A stretch of DNA of 44,382 nucleotides from Thermomicrobiales bacterium (GCA_033813515.1 JAPXRQ010000003.1:1-44382), one strand, 5' to 3'; shown: positions 31,457 to 41,052, numbered from the stretch's first letter. A program made the numbers and translations. The notes: generated from the letters alone by a model not told the origin.

Positions 31457-34400
31457 TTACGTCTCGATCCGGAGGGTGACGATCTCGAACGGCTTGAGGT
31501 CGATGGTGGCTGTCTGGCCGTTCTCGGAGAGTGAGACAGTCGCGCCTTCCAGCGGATCCTCAAGCAGATCAACCCGACTGACAGCACTCGCTGGTTTGGC
31601 AAAACTCAGCTTCGTTAGCCCGCGTCGACCATGCGGCTCGTACACCCGCAGGATCATCCCGTTACCATTGAATGCCGGCTTCAACGCCCCCAGGCCAACC
31701 TCAAGCCCGCCAACCGTCACAAATCCCTCGCTATCAGTTGTCTCCGGATTAGCCTGCGCCACGATTAGCGGACTGTTCAAGGCAGCAGCCTCAGCCACAA
31801 CATCGGAATCGGTCCAGTCGCCAGCATGCGGATACAGGCTGTAGGTGAACTTCTGAGACCCCTCATCGGCCAGCCAATCCGGATACATCGGCCCGCGAAC
31901 CAATGACATCGAGAGCACATTGTCTTTGGCGGCATGACCGTACTTGCCATTGTTGAGCAGCGACACCCCATAGCCTGGCTCCGAGATATCGACCCAGCGA
32001 TGCGCTCCGACCTCGAATCTGGCCTGCTCAAATGAGGTGTTCCGGTGCGTCGCCCGCCGGGACGCGCCATACATCGTCTCGAACGTTGCCTCGTGACTGC
32101 GGATCGCCATCGGGAAGTTGGTCCGCAGCAGAACCTGCCGCTCATGCCAATCGATCTCGGTCTCGATATCCAGCCGCATCGAACCAGCCGTCAGTCGATA
32201 GGTCTGGACGATCGTCGAGTCCCGATACCTCCGCTCTACCCGGACCGAGGCACGCAAAGGTCCGGATTCAGTAACGGTGATCGCATCAACTGTGGTCAGG
32301 GGATCCGGACAGCGATCGTAGGTTTCATCAACATCCCAGGCATCCCACGATCGCGGCTTGTCCAGATAGGCAATGAGTTGATTGCCAGGACCGGACAAGA
32401 CATCGCGGTTCACTCGTTTGTCATGCACCTGGCCAATCGTGCCATCGGCAGCAATGGTTACCCGCAGGTGGTCATTGCTTAGGACTGCTCCCCCATCGTT
32501 ACTGCTTTGCGCATGGACCGGCGAAGTCAACATCGGCTTGCCGTGTGCACTTGCCCCGAGAGTGACAGTCCGCCACCCAAGACCCGGTACCCGTGTTTCA
32601 TCAGCACCGATCAACATCCCGCCATCAACCATCTGGGTCGAAACCGGTGTGCCATCGCTGAGAGCGACCGCGGGGTCTGTTACATCCGGCAGGAAGGCAA
32701 TCAGTGGCCGCTCAGAAATACCCGGGTTGGCAATGATCCGGCCATTACCTGTCCCGGCAATAGTTGCTACCGCCTCGTCGCGTATTCCTTCGACTGTCGC
32801 AATCGCGGCGGTCATTTCACGATGCGTATCCTCATAGACCTCATGAATGGAGGATCCCGGCAGGATGTCGTGGAACTGGTTCAGCAGCAGTGTCTGCCAA
32901 CTTGTCTGAATCGTTTCAGCCGGATAGGTAAAGCCGTTGGCCAGCGCCAGGGTGCCAAATGCCTCTGCCTCGACCAGCCGCTGCTCCAGCGCCCGATTCT
33001 GGAACTTGACTTGACTCTGTGTGGTCAATGTGCCGCGGTGCAGTTCCAGGTAAAGCTCACCGATGTATTTCGGCAGGGTTGACCGATCAGGCAGATTGGC
33101 AAAAAACTCGCTGACCGATCCCATTCGCAGCCTGGGAAGCACCGGGAAATCCTTGATCCGCGCGTAGTTCTCCAGCATTTTCTCGCTTGGGCCGCCGGCG
33201 CCATCACCCCACCCAAACGCCAGCAGTGTCTCCCCGTGCTTTTCCTTGCCCCGGAAATGGCGCCAGGTGCCGAGCGTATCCAGCGGTACGATGTTGCCGT
33301 TGTATCCCTCGCCCGGATTCAGGAATGTGTGCGCAGTCACCTGACTGCCATCGATCCCTTCCCAGACGAAAAGATCGGCCGGGAATTGGTTGACTTCGTT
33401 CCAGTTGACCTTGATCGTGAAGAACCCGGTGATCCCACCCAGCTTCAGCAGCTGCGGCATCCCGGCCGAGAAACCAAAGACATCCGGCAACCAGGCTACA
33501 GTGTGCCGCTTGCCAAAGGTGCGCTCGAAATACTGTTGCCCTTCAATAATCTGCCTGGCCAGTGCTTCACCACCAGTGACCATGCAGTCCGGTTCGAGCC
33601 ACATGCCGCCGATCGGTTCCCAGCGACCCTCGGCCACGCGCTCCTTGATCCGCTCGAGCAACGCAGGATCGTCTTCTTCCATCCACTTGTAGGCCTGGGC
33701 GGAGGACTGGTTGAAAACGAAATCGGGATACTGATCCATCAGGTTGATGACGGTCGAAAAAGTCCGCCGGGTCTTGCGCCGTGTTTCCGCAACCGGCCAC
33801 AACCAGGCCAGATCAATGTGCGCATGCCCGGTCAGGACCAGCGATCCGATCGGCGGGTACTTCTCGCGGACAGCAGCCAGCCTCTCCTCGAATGTGGCTA
33901 ATGCTCGATTGACTGCTTCCACCGCGGCATCTGGCAACGGCCGCAGGGTGGAAGGCGCGGGCGGCAGACTCCAGGTGGGGTTGGTTGGCCGCGCGGCATC
34001 AATCGCCTGCGGAACCCAGTTGCTCGGAACAGCCTGCGTTCCGCTTCCCATGCCGTTGTGATAGCCAAGCACATAGCGGGTCAGCATCGTCTCGGTATCG
34101 GACGGCCAGCCATCGGCAAGTTCATCCAACGCCGCCTCGGCCACACCCAGCAACTGCGGAACGACTTCGTTCCCATCCAGTTCGATGCAGGCATCGCGCA
34201 GATTGGTCAGATCCCGCTCCAGCGCCCGGACCTCGCGCTGGGGAATGACAAAGTGCGCCCGCTCGATTCGCGGCTCGGTGATATTGCTGCCGAAGATCCC
34301 CTTGGGCACCGCTTCGGCTGTGATGGTGATCGTTTCACCTCCTGCCGCTGATTCAGTGATCGGAAAGCGGTGATGCATCGGATTGAGTCCGGCCTGGAAC

Positions 34401-34687
34401 CCGGTGCTGAGCTGAATAAACGCCTCACCACCCAGCCACAGCTCCAGTTCAACCGGAGAGCCAGCCCACGCGGCCGGAATTGTCCCGGTCGCGGTCAGGG
34501 TCACCGGCAGGGTATGGACCGGCCAGAAATCGCCCAGATGCAACTCGGTGCTGGCGCCATCCGGAGCAGTGAAGGTCCAGGTATCGATGGTCGCTTCGCG
34601 AGCATTGCGCCAGGCCCGGAGTTCCTCCAGCCGGCGCAGAATCCGCTCAATACGGCGAGTGTCGAGGGAATGTTGAATATCGCGCAA
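31457..34687 (-). CDS. Glycoside hydrolase family 38 alpha-mannosidase
   Basis: 1076 aa. LTGHAHIDLAWLWP and QFHDILPGSSI are GH38 hallmarks. TTG start 6 nt after GAAGGAG. Confidence 0.9.
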   Translation of the reverse strand: MRDIQHSLDTRRIERILRRLEELRAWRNAREATIDTWTFTAPDGASTELHLGDFWPVHTLPVTLTATGTIPAAWAGSPVELELWLGGEAFIQLSTGFQAGLNPMHHRFPITESAAGGETITITAEAVPKGIFGSNITEPRIERAHFVIPQREVRALERDLTNLRDACIELDGNEVVPQLLGVAEAALDELADGWPSDTETMLTRYVLGYHNGMGSGTQAVPSNWVPQAIDAARPTNPTWSLPPAPSTLRPLPDAAVEAVNRALATFEERLAAVREKYPPIGSLVLTGHAHIDLAWLWPVAETRRKTRRTFSTVINLMDQYPDFVFNQSSAQAYKWMEEDDPALLERIKERVAEGRWEPIGGMWLEPDCMVTGGEALARQIIEGQQYFERTFGKRHTVAWLPDVFGFSAGMPQLLKLGGITGFFTIKVNWNEVNQFPADLFVWEGIDGSQVTAHTFLNPGEGYNGNIVPLDTLGTWRHFRGKEKHGETLLAFGWGDGAGGPSEKMLENYARIKDFPVLPRLRMGSVSEFFANLPDRSTLPKYIGELYLELHRGTLTTQSQVKFQNRALEQRLVEAEAFGTLALANGFTYPAETIQTSWQTLLLNQFHDILPGSSIHEVYEDTHREMTAAIATVEGIRDEAVATIAGTGNGRIIANPGISERPLIAFLPDVTDPAVALSDGTPVSTQMVDGGMLIGADETRVPGLGWRTVTLGASAHGKPMLTSPVHAQSSNDGGAVLSNDHLRVTIAADGTIGQVHDKRVNRDVLSGPGNQLIAYLDKPRSWDAWDVDETYDRCPDPLTTVDAITVTESGPLRASVRVERRYRDSTIVQTYRLTAGSMRLDIETEIDWHERQVLLRTNFPMAIRSHEATFETMYGASRRATHRNTSFEQARFEVGAHRWVDISEPGYGVSLLNNGKYGHAAKDNVLSMSLVRGPMYPDWLADEGSQKFTYSLYPHAGDWTDSDVVAEAAALNSPLIVAQANPETTDSEGFVTVGGLEVGLGALKPAFNGNGMILRVYEPHGRRGLTKLSFAKPASAVSRVDLLEDPLEGATVSLSENGQTATIDLKPFEIVTLRIET

Positions 34688-34786
34688 GGCAATCTCCTTC
34701 GGCGGAGTATCCGCAGTCAGTCATTGCGAGAATCCTACCGCTTGCCATGACGGCACACCCGCACTCTTCAACATCTACGTCGATAT

Positions 34787-35245
34787 TTAGGAGAGAGGAT
34801 GCTCATCCGCAGTCGGCGGTTCGAACCAGGTCGCCCATTCTGCCAACTGCTCCGGCTCGATGTGAAACGTATCCGGTGGCAACTCCACATTCCGGGCAGC
34901 CACCCGCCGTTGGAGTTCCTCGAGGGGAACATTAAGGTAGATCAGTACAAACTCAGCGCTCGTTTCGGCCACAACCGCGCGGTAGTGATCGCGCTCACTC
35001 CTTGCCCACACACCCCAGTCGAAAACTACATCGATCCCGCGGCGCAGCAAATCCAAAGCGATCTCGAGCTGCACAGCCTTCACCCGATCCCGGGCGGCAT
35101 CGTCGTGAATCGCCGGCGGATCATACAGATCGCGAATCCAGACATCTTCCGAGAAGACAACCGCATCATGCTCCCGGACCAACTCCCGCGCCCGGGTCGT
35201 TTTGCCAGATCCCGGCAGCCCGCAAAGAAAATACGCGCTCGTCAT
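34787..35245 (-). CDS. P-loop ATP-binding protein (AAA_33/zeta-toxin-like small kinase fold)
   Basis: 152 aa. Walker A CGLPGSGKTTRAREL at the N-terminus. ATGA overlap with the upstream pepE-like gene. Confidence 0.6.
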   Translation of the reverse strand: MTSAYFLCGLPGSGKTTRARELVREHDAVVFSEDVWIRDLYDPPAIHDDAARDRVKAVQLEIALDLLRRGIDVVFDWGVWARSERDHYRAVVAETSAEFVLIYLNVPLEELQRRVAARNVELPPDTFHIEPEQLAEWATWFEPPTADEHPLS

Positions 35246-35985
35246 TGTCGGCAGGGGTTATCGAATGTTGGAGTCAACTGCAACAGAAACGACAGATCGG
35301 CGCCGGCCTGGTACTCAACCGGATCCTGCCCGCGCTGAAACAGTCTGGCTCCGGTCAAACCACCCAACGTCAGCACATCACCCGATCGCCGCAGCCACGC
35401 TCCTTCCCGCACACCCAGCACCGCCACATCGTTCTCGTCCAGGAATTCGCGAATGCGCTCCTCCCGGGTCTCTCCCTGGTGCGTCGATGCCGGATCGGGA
35501 TCCTGATAGTGCGGATTGATCTGGAACGGAATCAGCCCGGTGGCGGCAAACGATGCCGGCTGCACGATCGGCATGTCGTTGGTCGTGCGCAAACTGGGGC
35601 AGGCCATATTCGTCCCGGCACTGGCGCCCATGTACCGCAATCTGCCAGCAGTCACCCCATCCCGAATGGCATCGATCAAACCGTGGTGCTGCATCGCCTT
35701 CAGCAGCCGGAACGAGTTCCCACCACCAACAAACACCGCACCGACATCGGCCAGTGTTCCGGCAGGATTCGCGACGGTGTGCAAACCCAGCACGGAGACT
35801 CCCAAAGGAACCAGCGCCCCCTCCAGCCGCGCGGTGTACTGATCATGATCGGCCCGAGCAAATGGCACGAACGCAACGCGATCGACCCCGCGCAGAAACG
35901 ACCGAATCTCCGGCAGCGCAAACTCCAGATAACTGCCGCCGTGCACACTCGAATTGCTGAGAAGAAGGAGTTCCGACGCTGCCAT
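35242..35985 (-). CDS. pepE: Dipeptidase E (peptidase S51)
   Basis: The ATG at 35985 gives MAASELLLLSNSSVHGG, similar to the PepE N-terminus. FVGGGNSFRLL and YMGASAGTNMACPSLRTTNDMPIV are present. The track ORF starts at 36087. Confidence 0.8.
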   Translation of the reverse strand: MAASELLLLSNSSVHGGSYLEFALPEIRSFLRGVDRVAFVPFARADHDQYTARLEGALVPLGVSVLGLHTVANPAGTLADVGAVFVGGGNSFRLLKAMQHHGLIDAIRDGVTAGRLRYMGASAGTNMACPSLRTTNDMPIVQPASFAATGLIPFQINPHYQDPDPASTHQGETREERIREFLDENDVAVLGVREGAWLRRSGDVLTLGGLTGARLFQRGQDPVEYQAGADLSFLLQLTPTFDNPCRQ

Positions 35986-36182
35986 CAACCACGCCCCACC
36001 ATGCGATTCCATCAACCTGGCAGCAACTATAGGAGGATTGAATTGCGGACCACTAAAACACCGCCCCTTTAGCCTTGAATCGGACATATTGGTAGGAAAA
36101 AGGTCCCTGATCAGGCTAGACCCACCCGGTTAGCCCCGCTGCCTACTTACGCACCAAAGGTCATAGTCCATATCATGGAGAT

Positions 36183-37166
36183 ATGGATGTGATGACCCTT
36201 TCCCAACTCGCCGAACAGACGGCTATCAGCCCTGAAACTCTGGTTGCGTACCGCGACACCTGGTTGCTGTATCTGCCAGTCATCCGCGTTGGACAGGCGG
36301 TTGGCTTCCTTCCCGAAGCCCTCGAAGTCGTCCGCCATATCCACGCCCAAACGACCGCGGGTTTGACACGTCAGGCGATCGAGACCGATCTCGCCGAGCG
36401 CTATCCCGTCTCGGTCATTGCCTCGCAACCAATCGCGTCGGCGCAGCCTGCATCCGGTTCCGGTTCTTCAGCCATTGCCCCGGTCAGCGGTCTGCTGCAG
36501 GATGTTGATCACAAGTACCAGGCGCTTGCCTACGAGATCTCCCAGATCCGCGAGGACCTCGGCAAGACCGCTTCGGAAGAGCGCGCCCTCCAGATCCAGC
36601 AGATGATCACCGGGGTCGCCCGCAAGACCAACAAGCACCTCGAGCCGATCGCCTCCGAGCTGGCCCAGATTCGTCAGGCCGTTGGTGTCCTCGCCAATCG
36701 CGTCGAACGCCAGCACACCGCCACCCTCCAGGATCGGACCGATCTCTCCACCACCATCGATTCCCTGGCCGCGCGCCTGCCCGATCATCAGCCCGGTATT
36801 ACCGATGAACTGAATGCCGTCCGCCGCGAAATCGCCGGATTGCGCTCCTCCCTGCCGGAAGGCGAGGTGAGTGACACTGGCCAACTGCAACAACTGGCCG
36901 GCGATGTTCACACCCTGCAGCAGCAAATCGGAGATCTGCGGCGCGATCGGGGACAACTGGTCTCGCTCATGTCAGCGCTGCAGGACAACCTGGCGCAGCT
37001 CTACATCGAACTGGCCGATGCCCGCCAAACCCGCAACGTACCCGCTCCGATCGAAACCATTCCAATGATCAATGCCGATCTTCAGCCATTCGATCCGGAC
37101 ACCGCCGCCAGCACAGGCACCGACGGACTCCGCACGCCACGCCGTTTAGGCCATCAAGGTCGCTAA
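36183..37166 (+). CDS. MerR-like N-terminal HTH protein with long coiled-coil/Gln-rich C-terminal region
   Basis: 327 aa. MTLSQLAEQTAISPETLVAYRD looks like an HTH. The rest is heptad-like (QIRQAVGVLANRVERQH, LQQLAGDVHTLQQQIGDLRRDRGQL). The function call is weak. Confidence 0.5.
   Translation: MDVMTLSQLAEQTAISPETLVAYRDTWLLYLPVIRVGQAVGFLPEALEVVRHIHAQTTAGLTRQAIETDLAERYPVSVIASQPIASAQPASGSGSSAIAPVSGLLQDVDHKYQALAYEISQIREDLGKTASEERALQIQQMITGVARKTNKHLEPIASELAQIRQAVGVLANRVERQHTATLQDRTDLSTTIDSLAARLPDHQPGITDELNAVRREIAGLRSSLPEGEVSDTGQLQQLAGDVHTLQQQIGDLRRDRGQLVSLMSALQDNLAQLYIELADARQTRNVPAPIETIPMINADLQPFDPDTAASTGTDGLRTPRRLGHQGR
37073..37126 (+). repeat. Direct repeat, left copy (inside the 3' end of the 36183..37166 CDS)
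   Basis: 49 of 54 positions are identical to 40360..40413 by position-by-position comparison. Confidence 0.9.
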
Positions 37167-40100
37167 CGGTCTTTGAAGCCGAATGCTTCATCTAGCTGCT
37201 AAGTCAGCTTAAGCTAACTTACCGCCCTGCCCACTCGACTACACTTTACGGTCACTTGCTTCGGACTCCCTCAGGTCCGCGAACCACCGTGACACACGTA
37301 TTGACATCTCGTCGGGGCGAAGTTAGGAACCGAAGTGACAAAGCATCGAGAACTCATTGCTTATGTCCGATTTCAACTAGATCAACTCTCCGCCCACAAC
37401 GCGCAACACGAATTCGAGCACATGTGTCGACATCTCGCTCGCCTGCGAGTGTGCAGCAATATCCTTCCAGCTACTGGGCCGGTTGCCGCGCGCGGTGACC
37501 AAGGGAGAGATGCAGAATCTTTCCGATCCTACCTAGCGAACAGCCCGGCGCTCGCGTCCTCGACATTTGTCGGACTCCTATCCGATCGTCCGATTGCTTT
37601 CGCTGTGACTCTTCAAAAGAAAGAGAACAACCTTAAAGGAAAACTCAAGGCCGATATTGCCAAAATCCAAAAAAGCGGAGTGCCCGTAAGCGAAATTCAT
37701 TATTTTTGCGCAGACGACCTCGATGTGGGTACTCGGCACACCATTCAAGCTTGGGCAAACGATACACATGGCGTGACGGTGCAGATTTACGATGGTCAAG
37801 CGATCGCGGAATTCCTCTGTGCTAGAGACACATTCTGGATCGCAACCGAATACTTGCAGGTTCCAAGCGAGATGTACCCTGACAGTCTGAGCGACGGACG
37901 GGACGACTGGTACCACACGCTGTTCCAATCCTGGCAAAACTTTCCGCAACAGCCGCTAACTTTCGCGACTTTTGCGGAGGTCAAAAGTGCGCTGCGGCAC
38001 TGTACTTTCACTCCTGACCACCAGAATGACCTTCTATTCTGGATGAGGCAACTCGAACCATTTCTATCGGAGGACGTACCTACCATACTGCGATACAGAA
38101 CAATGTACGAATTGGCCGTTGCCTCGCTCCGGGGATTAGGCACAATGGAAGGCAACGATCAACGACTGTACGAATACTTCGAGTCAACCTTGAGTTCTGA
38201 AACATACGCATCACTAGAAGATGCAGGAGTTCTTATCTCCTATTGTCTTGGCGCAATCCAACATCACGCAACACTTCTTCATAACGACACAGTTGTTAAG
38301 TGGCGAGATAATCTTGTAAAAATACTTGACAATCACCTCTCGACCGAACTTGCCGTTGGACCTAGATGCGACCTACTTTCTCTCCTTGGCTTTGTCGTAT
38401 GCTTCAGCCAAGGATATGGAATTCCTATTGAGGACCGCTCATCTACCACTATTTGGCTTGATCTCGTAACACATTTGGACAAAGCACCGCTTTTCCCTGT
38501 AGACAGGCTAGCTAATCTGTTGACCATTGCGGTTCCCCTTCTCTCTGACGAACCCAGGTTCGATGAACTGACAAAGCGCGTTGACCAATTAGTCGGTGAG
38601 CGGGCCGGACAGGCTGCTGCGGCTGAGAAGTGTCGAGATCGAGCAATGGCTTTCTTTGAGCAAGGACAATTGCTCCGCGCCATCACAGAACTCCAAGAGG
38701 CGAAGGTAAAATGGTTTACGGACGAAACTCTTTTAGGGTCAGTTCTCGCCATGCTATTCATCGCCCAGTGCTATCACGAGCTAAATCTTCATTATGCCGC
38801 CAAGTATTACGCGATGGCTGCTGCTTGGATTGCGATCCAATCAGAGCGTCAAACTCTCAGGGACAAGATATGGGTGGCGCTCACATTCGCTGCTGAATGC
38901 GACTATCTGCTCGGGAACTGGCGCGGCTATCTGCTGCTTTCGGACCTTGGCATGAAGAGCCATTGGTGGCTCGCTCGCAGGGCAGGCGATTACGAGGAAC
39001 ATCCCAACCTCGACAGAGTCTTTTACCACGCATCGGTTTGCCATGCGGTCGCTGAGCGGATCGACAGTGCATTATCTGCAGCCGTGTGGGACATGATCTC
39101 TGAATGGGGCTTGACAGAGGAGATTGAGGCAATCATGCCTTACGCACGCGAAATGCTCGGCAGCGGAAGCATTGACGAGATGTTAACCCTCACAGGGAAC
39201 CAACTGAGCGGACGACCATTCGCGGATGTGGCCAACGAGCGCCAGGTAGCGTGGGAGGCGCTGGGCATCACATGGCGAGTGCATTGGCAAAATGACTTGG
39301 CCACGAACAATGCTGCCGAAGAGTTTGTAGCGACACTACAAATAGCACTAACTGACTTTGCCAAACACGATTTATTACTCATAAAGACAGAAGTAGAGAT
39401 CGAGATTTTGATCGGCGACGTGACGTCACCAGTCGTGGATGATGCCTCATCGAACAGTGGCCGGCTTTGGCGGGTGCAATTGCCAACTTCCGATACGCAG
39501 AATGACAATAAAGAGCATCCCAAATCAGTCGATCTCCTTGGTGTCACGATCTATATCCTGCGCGAAGCCTCCTTATTGCCGAATGATGAATTCATGATGG
39601 CATTCGAGGAAGTAACGAAGGCAGGGATTACATCGAATGTGTTCGTTGGACGAGCGTATAGTGGTTTGCTCGATCAGTTCTCCAGCGCTGCGTCTCCGCT
39701 TCACACCCTCGGAATGCCAGAGAGGCTTTTGGTTGCCGATAGACCAACTTCGGTACCTCCGCATCCGGAGCTGGCTTGGCGAGACAATCTTGCTCCCGGA
39801 TATAGCCAAATTGAGTCTCATGAAGCTATTACGCGACGTTACCAACGCACATCCCAGAAAATCCCTGTGACTCTTGCACGACTTGCCGGTGATGCGCGAT
39901 TTCATCTAACTCGTCAGACTCTTGTGAACGATGGATGGAAAGACTGGCATTTGCTCTTAGCTGTATTGAATCTAACTCTGAACGTACGTCTACATGCTCG
40001 TCACGGTCAAATCTTACTTGCCAACGATAGTTTGGATTATGCCCACCATGCAATAAAGGAAGTGGTTGACGACTTAGAGTTAGAAAGCTCGGCCCCAATT

Positions 40101-40359
40101 GACCTAGATCGATTCACCGTCGACGAGCTCCGGCATATGATGGATATCGGGATGATTAATGTACTTAACACTTGGGGGCTGGAAATCCACCAAATCACGC
40201 CTGACCTCCCTGCAATTCGCACCTTCCTTGCTCAGCGTTACAATTTCTGGATTGACGATGTTGAGCATGAAGATCCCTTTCGGACAGATCAACCGCCAAG
40301 TATCTTGGTCGTTACGAGATAAAGCGAAGGTCATTTCGTGGTCATAGCGATTCACTCGT
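37167..40359. mobile_element. Lower-GC inserted islet bounded by direct repeats; no integrase or transposase seen
   Basis: Spot GC counts are 24/60 (37621-37680) and 31/60 (38341-38400). The flanks give 39/60 (36601-36660) and 37/60 (41401-41460). It is bounded by the 54-bp direct repeats. Confidence 0.55.
37335..40322 (+). CDS. Large hypothetical protein: N-terminal Mrr/PD-(D/E)xK-like nuclease motif plus helical/TPR-like body; candidate defense-type effector
   Basis: 995-aa uninterrupted ORF with a GTG start 6 nt after AGGA. The N-terminus has FEHMCRHLARL...GDQGRDAESF...IAFAVTLQKK, compared with Mrr-type FExL...GDGGID...QxK. A TPR-like stretch is AMAFFEQGQLLRAITELQEAKVKW...IAQCYHELNLHYAAKYYAMAA. 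No Walker A motif was seen. Confidence 0.6.
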   Translation: MTKHRELIAYVRFQLDQLSAHNAQHEFEHMCRHLARLRVCSNILPATGPVAARGDQGRDAESFRSYLANSPALASSTFVGLLSDRPIAFAVTLQKKENNLKGKLKADIAKIQKSGVPVSEIHYFCADDLDVGTRHTIQAWANDTHGVTVQIYDGQAIAEFLCARDTFWIATEYLQVPSEMYPDSLSDGRDDWYHTLFQSWQNFPQQPLTFATFAEVKSALRHCTFTPDHQNDLLFWMRQLEPFLSEDVPTILRYRTMYELAVASLRGLGTMEGNDQRLYEYFESTLSSETYASLEDAGVLISYCLGAIQHHATLLHNDTVVKWRDNLVKILDNHLSTELAVGPRCDLLSLLGFVVCFSQGYGIPIEDRSSTTIWLDLVTHLDKAPLFPVDRLANLLTIAVPLLSDEPRFDELTKRVDQLVGERAGQAAAAEKCRDRAMAFFEQGQLLRAITELQEAKVKWFTDETLLGSVLAMLFIAQCYHELNLHYAAKYYAMAAAWIAIQSERQTLRDKIWVALTFAAECDYLLGNWRGYLLLSDLGMKSHWWLARRAGDYEEHPNLDRVFYHASVCHAVAERIDSALSAAVWDMISEWGLTEEIEAIMPYAREMLGSGSIDEMLTLTGNQLSGRPFADVANERQVAWEALGITWRVHWQNDLATNNAAEEFVATLQIALTDFAKHDLLLIKTEVEIEILIGDVTSPVVDDASSNSGRLWRVQLPTSDTQNDNKEHPKSVDLLGVTIYILREASLLPNDEFMMAFEEVTKAGITSNVFVGRAYSGLLDQFSSAASPLHTLGMPERLLVADRPTSVPPHPELAWRDNLAPGYSQIESHEAITRRYQRTSQKIPVTLARLAGDARFHLTRQTLVNDGWKDWHLLLAVLNLTLNVRLHARHGQILLANDSLDYAHHAIKEVVDDLELESSAPIDLDRFTVDELRHMMDIGMINVLNTWGLEIHQITPDLPAIRTFLAQRYNFWIDDVEHEDPFRTDQPPSILVVTR

Positions 40360-40413
40360 TGCCGATCTCCAGCCATTCGATCCGGACACCGCCGCTGGCA
40401 CCGGAACCGACGG
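40360..40413 (+). repeat. Direct repeat, right copy (relic 3' end of the host gene, with its own stop TAG at 40436-40438)
   Basis: In the host-gene frame it encodes ADLQPFDPDTAAGTGTDG HRRCLGR then stop. The left copy encodes ADLQPFDPDTAASTGTDG LRTPRRLGHQGR then stop. Confidence 0.9.
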
Positions 40414-40451
40414 CCACCGCCGCTGCCTGGGCCGGTAGGATGTCGAGGGTT

Positions 40452-40472
40452 GGATGTTGAACGTTGAACGTT
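40452..40472. repeat. Period-7 tandem array (GGATGTT GAACGTT GAACGTT)
   Basis: Read directly, between the relic stop (40438) and the hairpin at 40501. Confidence 0.8.
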
Positions 40473-40500
40473 CGGGACTGCGCTTCAATTCACTGAAATC

Positions 40501-40534
40501 AGAATGGCCGAGGGGTACTTCCCTCGGCCATTCT
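40501..40534. terminator. Hairpin (13-bp stem), likely terminator for convergent transcription
   Basis: Arms agaatggccgagg / cctcggccattct with an 8-nt loop. Flanking T-tracts are weak. Confidence 0.5.
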
Positions 40535-40555
40535 CATTGCCAGGAACCGGGCGCT

Positions 40556-40590
40556 CGGAACTCGGAACTCGGAACTTCAAGCTCGAAGCT
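40556..40590. repeat. Period-7 tandem array (CGGAACT x3, TCAAGCT, CGAAGCT)
   Basis: Read directly. It abuts the stop codon (40590-40592) of the small minus-strand ORF. Confidence 0.85.
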
Positions 40591-40769
40591 CAGCCCCTCG
40601 TGCCGAGGATCGATCGCCGCTGCCACTCCTCGGTCCGGAACTCCCGTTCCGCCTTGGCCAGCAACGCCACATCTCGATCGGTCCGCTCGCCGTCCATCAC
40701 CAGGTTCGGACAGATCGCTGAGGAGCGCCCCGGGAGACGCAGCAGTTGCCGCATGCGCCCAAATGCCAT
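40590..40769 (-). CDS. Hypothetical 59-aa protein (second gene of a small two-ORF unit)
   Basis: An internal ATG at 40769 lies 12 nt after the stop of the upstream small ORF. No recognisable motif. Coding status is uncertain. Confidence 0.3.
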   Translation of the reverse strand: MAFGRMRQLLRLPGRSSAICPNLVMDGERTDRDVALLAKAEREFRTEEWQRRSILGTRG

Positions 40770-40780
40770 CCCGTACCCCC

Positions 40781-40960
40781 TTACCCGCGGAACCCGAACT
40801 GCGAGGCAACCAGGTCCCAATGCATGTCCTGCGCCTGCCGATTGCGCTTCACAATCTGCTCGATTTCCTTATCAGTCGCCCCGTCGATCGCGGCGACAGC
40901 AGCGGGAAGGCTCTTCTCAATCTCCGCTTGCGTTCGAGTGCGTGTCGGTCTGAACTTCAT
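40781..40960 (-). CDS. Hypothetical 59-aa protein
   Basis: The ATG at 40960 is preceded by AAGGGA. The sequence MKFRPTRTRTQAEIEKSLPAAVAAIDGATDKEIEQIVKRNRQ has no family I can name. Confidence 0.35.
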   Translation of the reverse strand: MKFRPTRTRTQAEIEKSLPAAVAAIDGATDKEIEQIVKRNRQAQDMHWDLVASQFGFRG

Positions 40961-41024
40961 TGTCTGTTCCCTTTCAGTAACCACTATCCTTTACCAACTG
41001 GTTACATGGCTAGTCTATCGCCTC

Positions 41025-41052
41025 TTGTGTAACTTGTCAAGCCAGGTATAAT
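41025..41052 (+). promoter_or_regulatory. Candidate promoter TTGTGT-N16-TATAAT for the CGNR gene, overlapped by inverted repeats
   Basis: Perfect -10 TATAAT at 41047..41052. TGTAAC (41028) and GTTACA (41054) bracket it. Confidence 0.45.
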
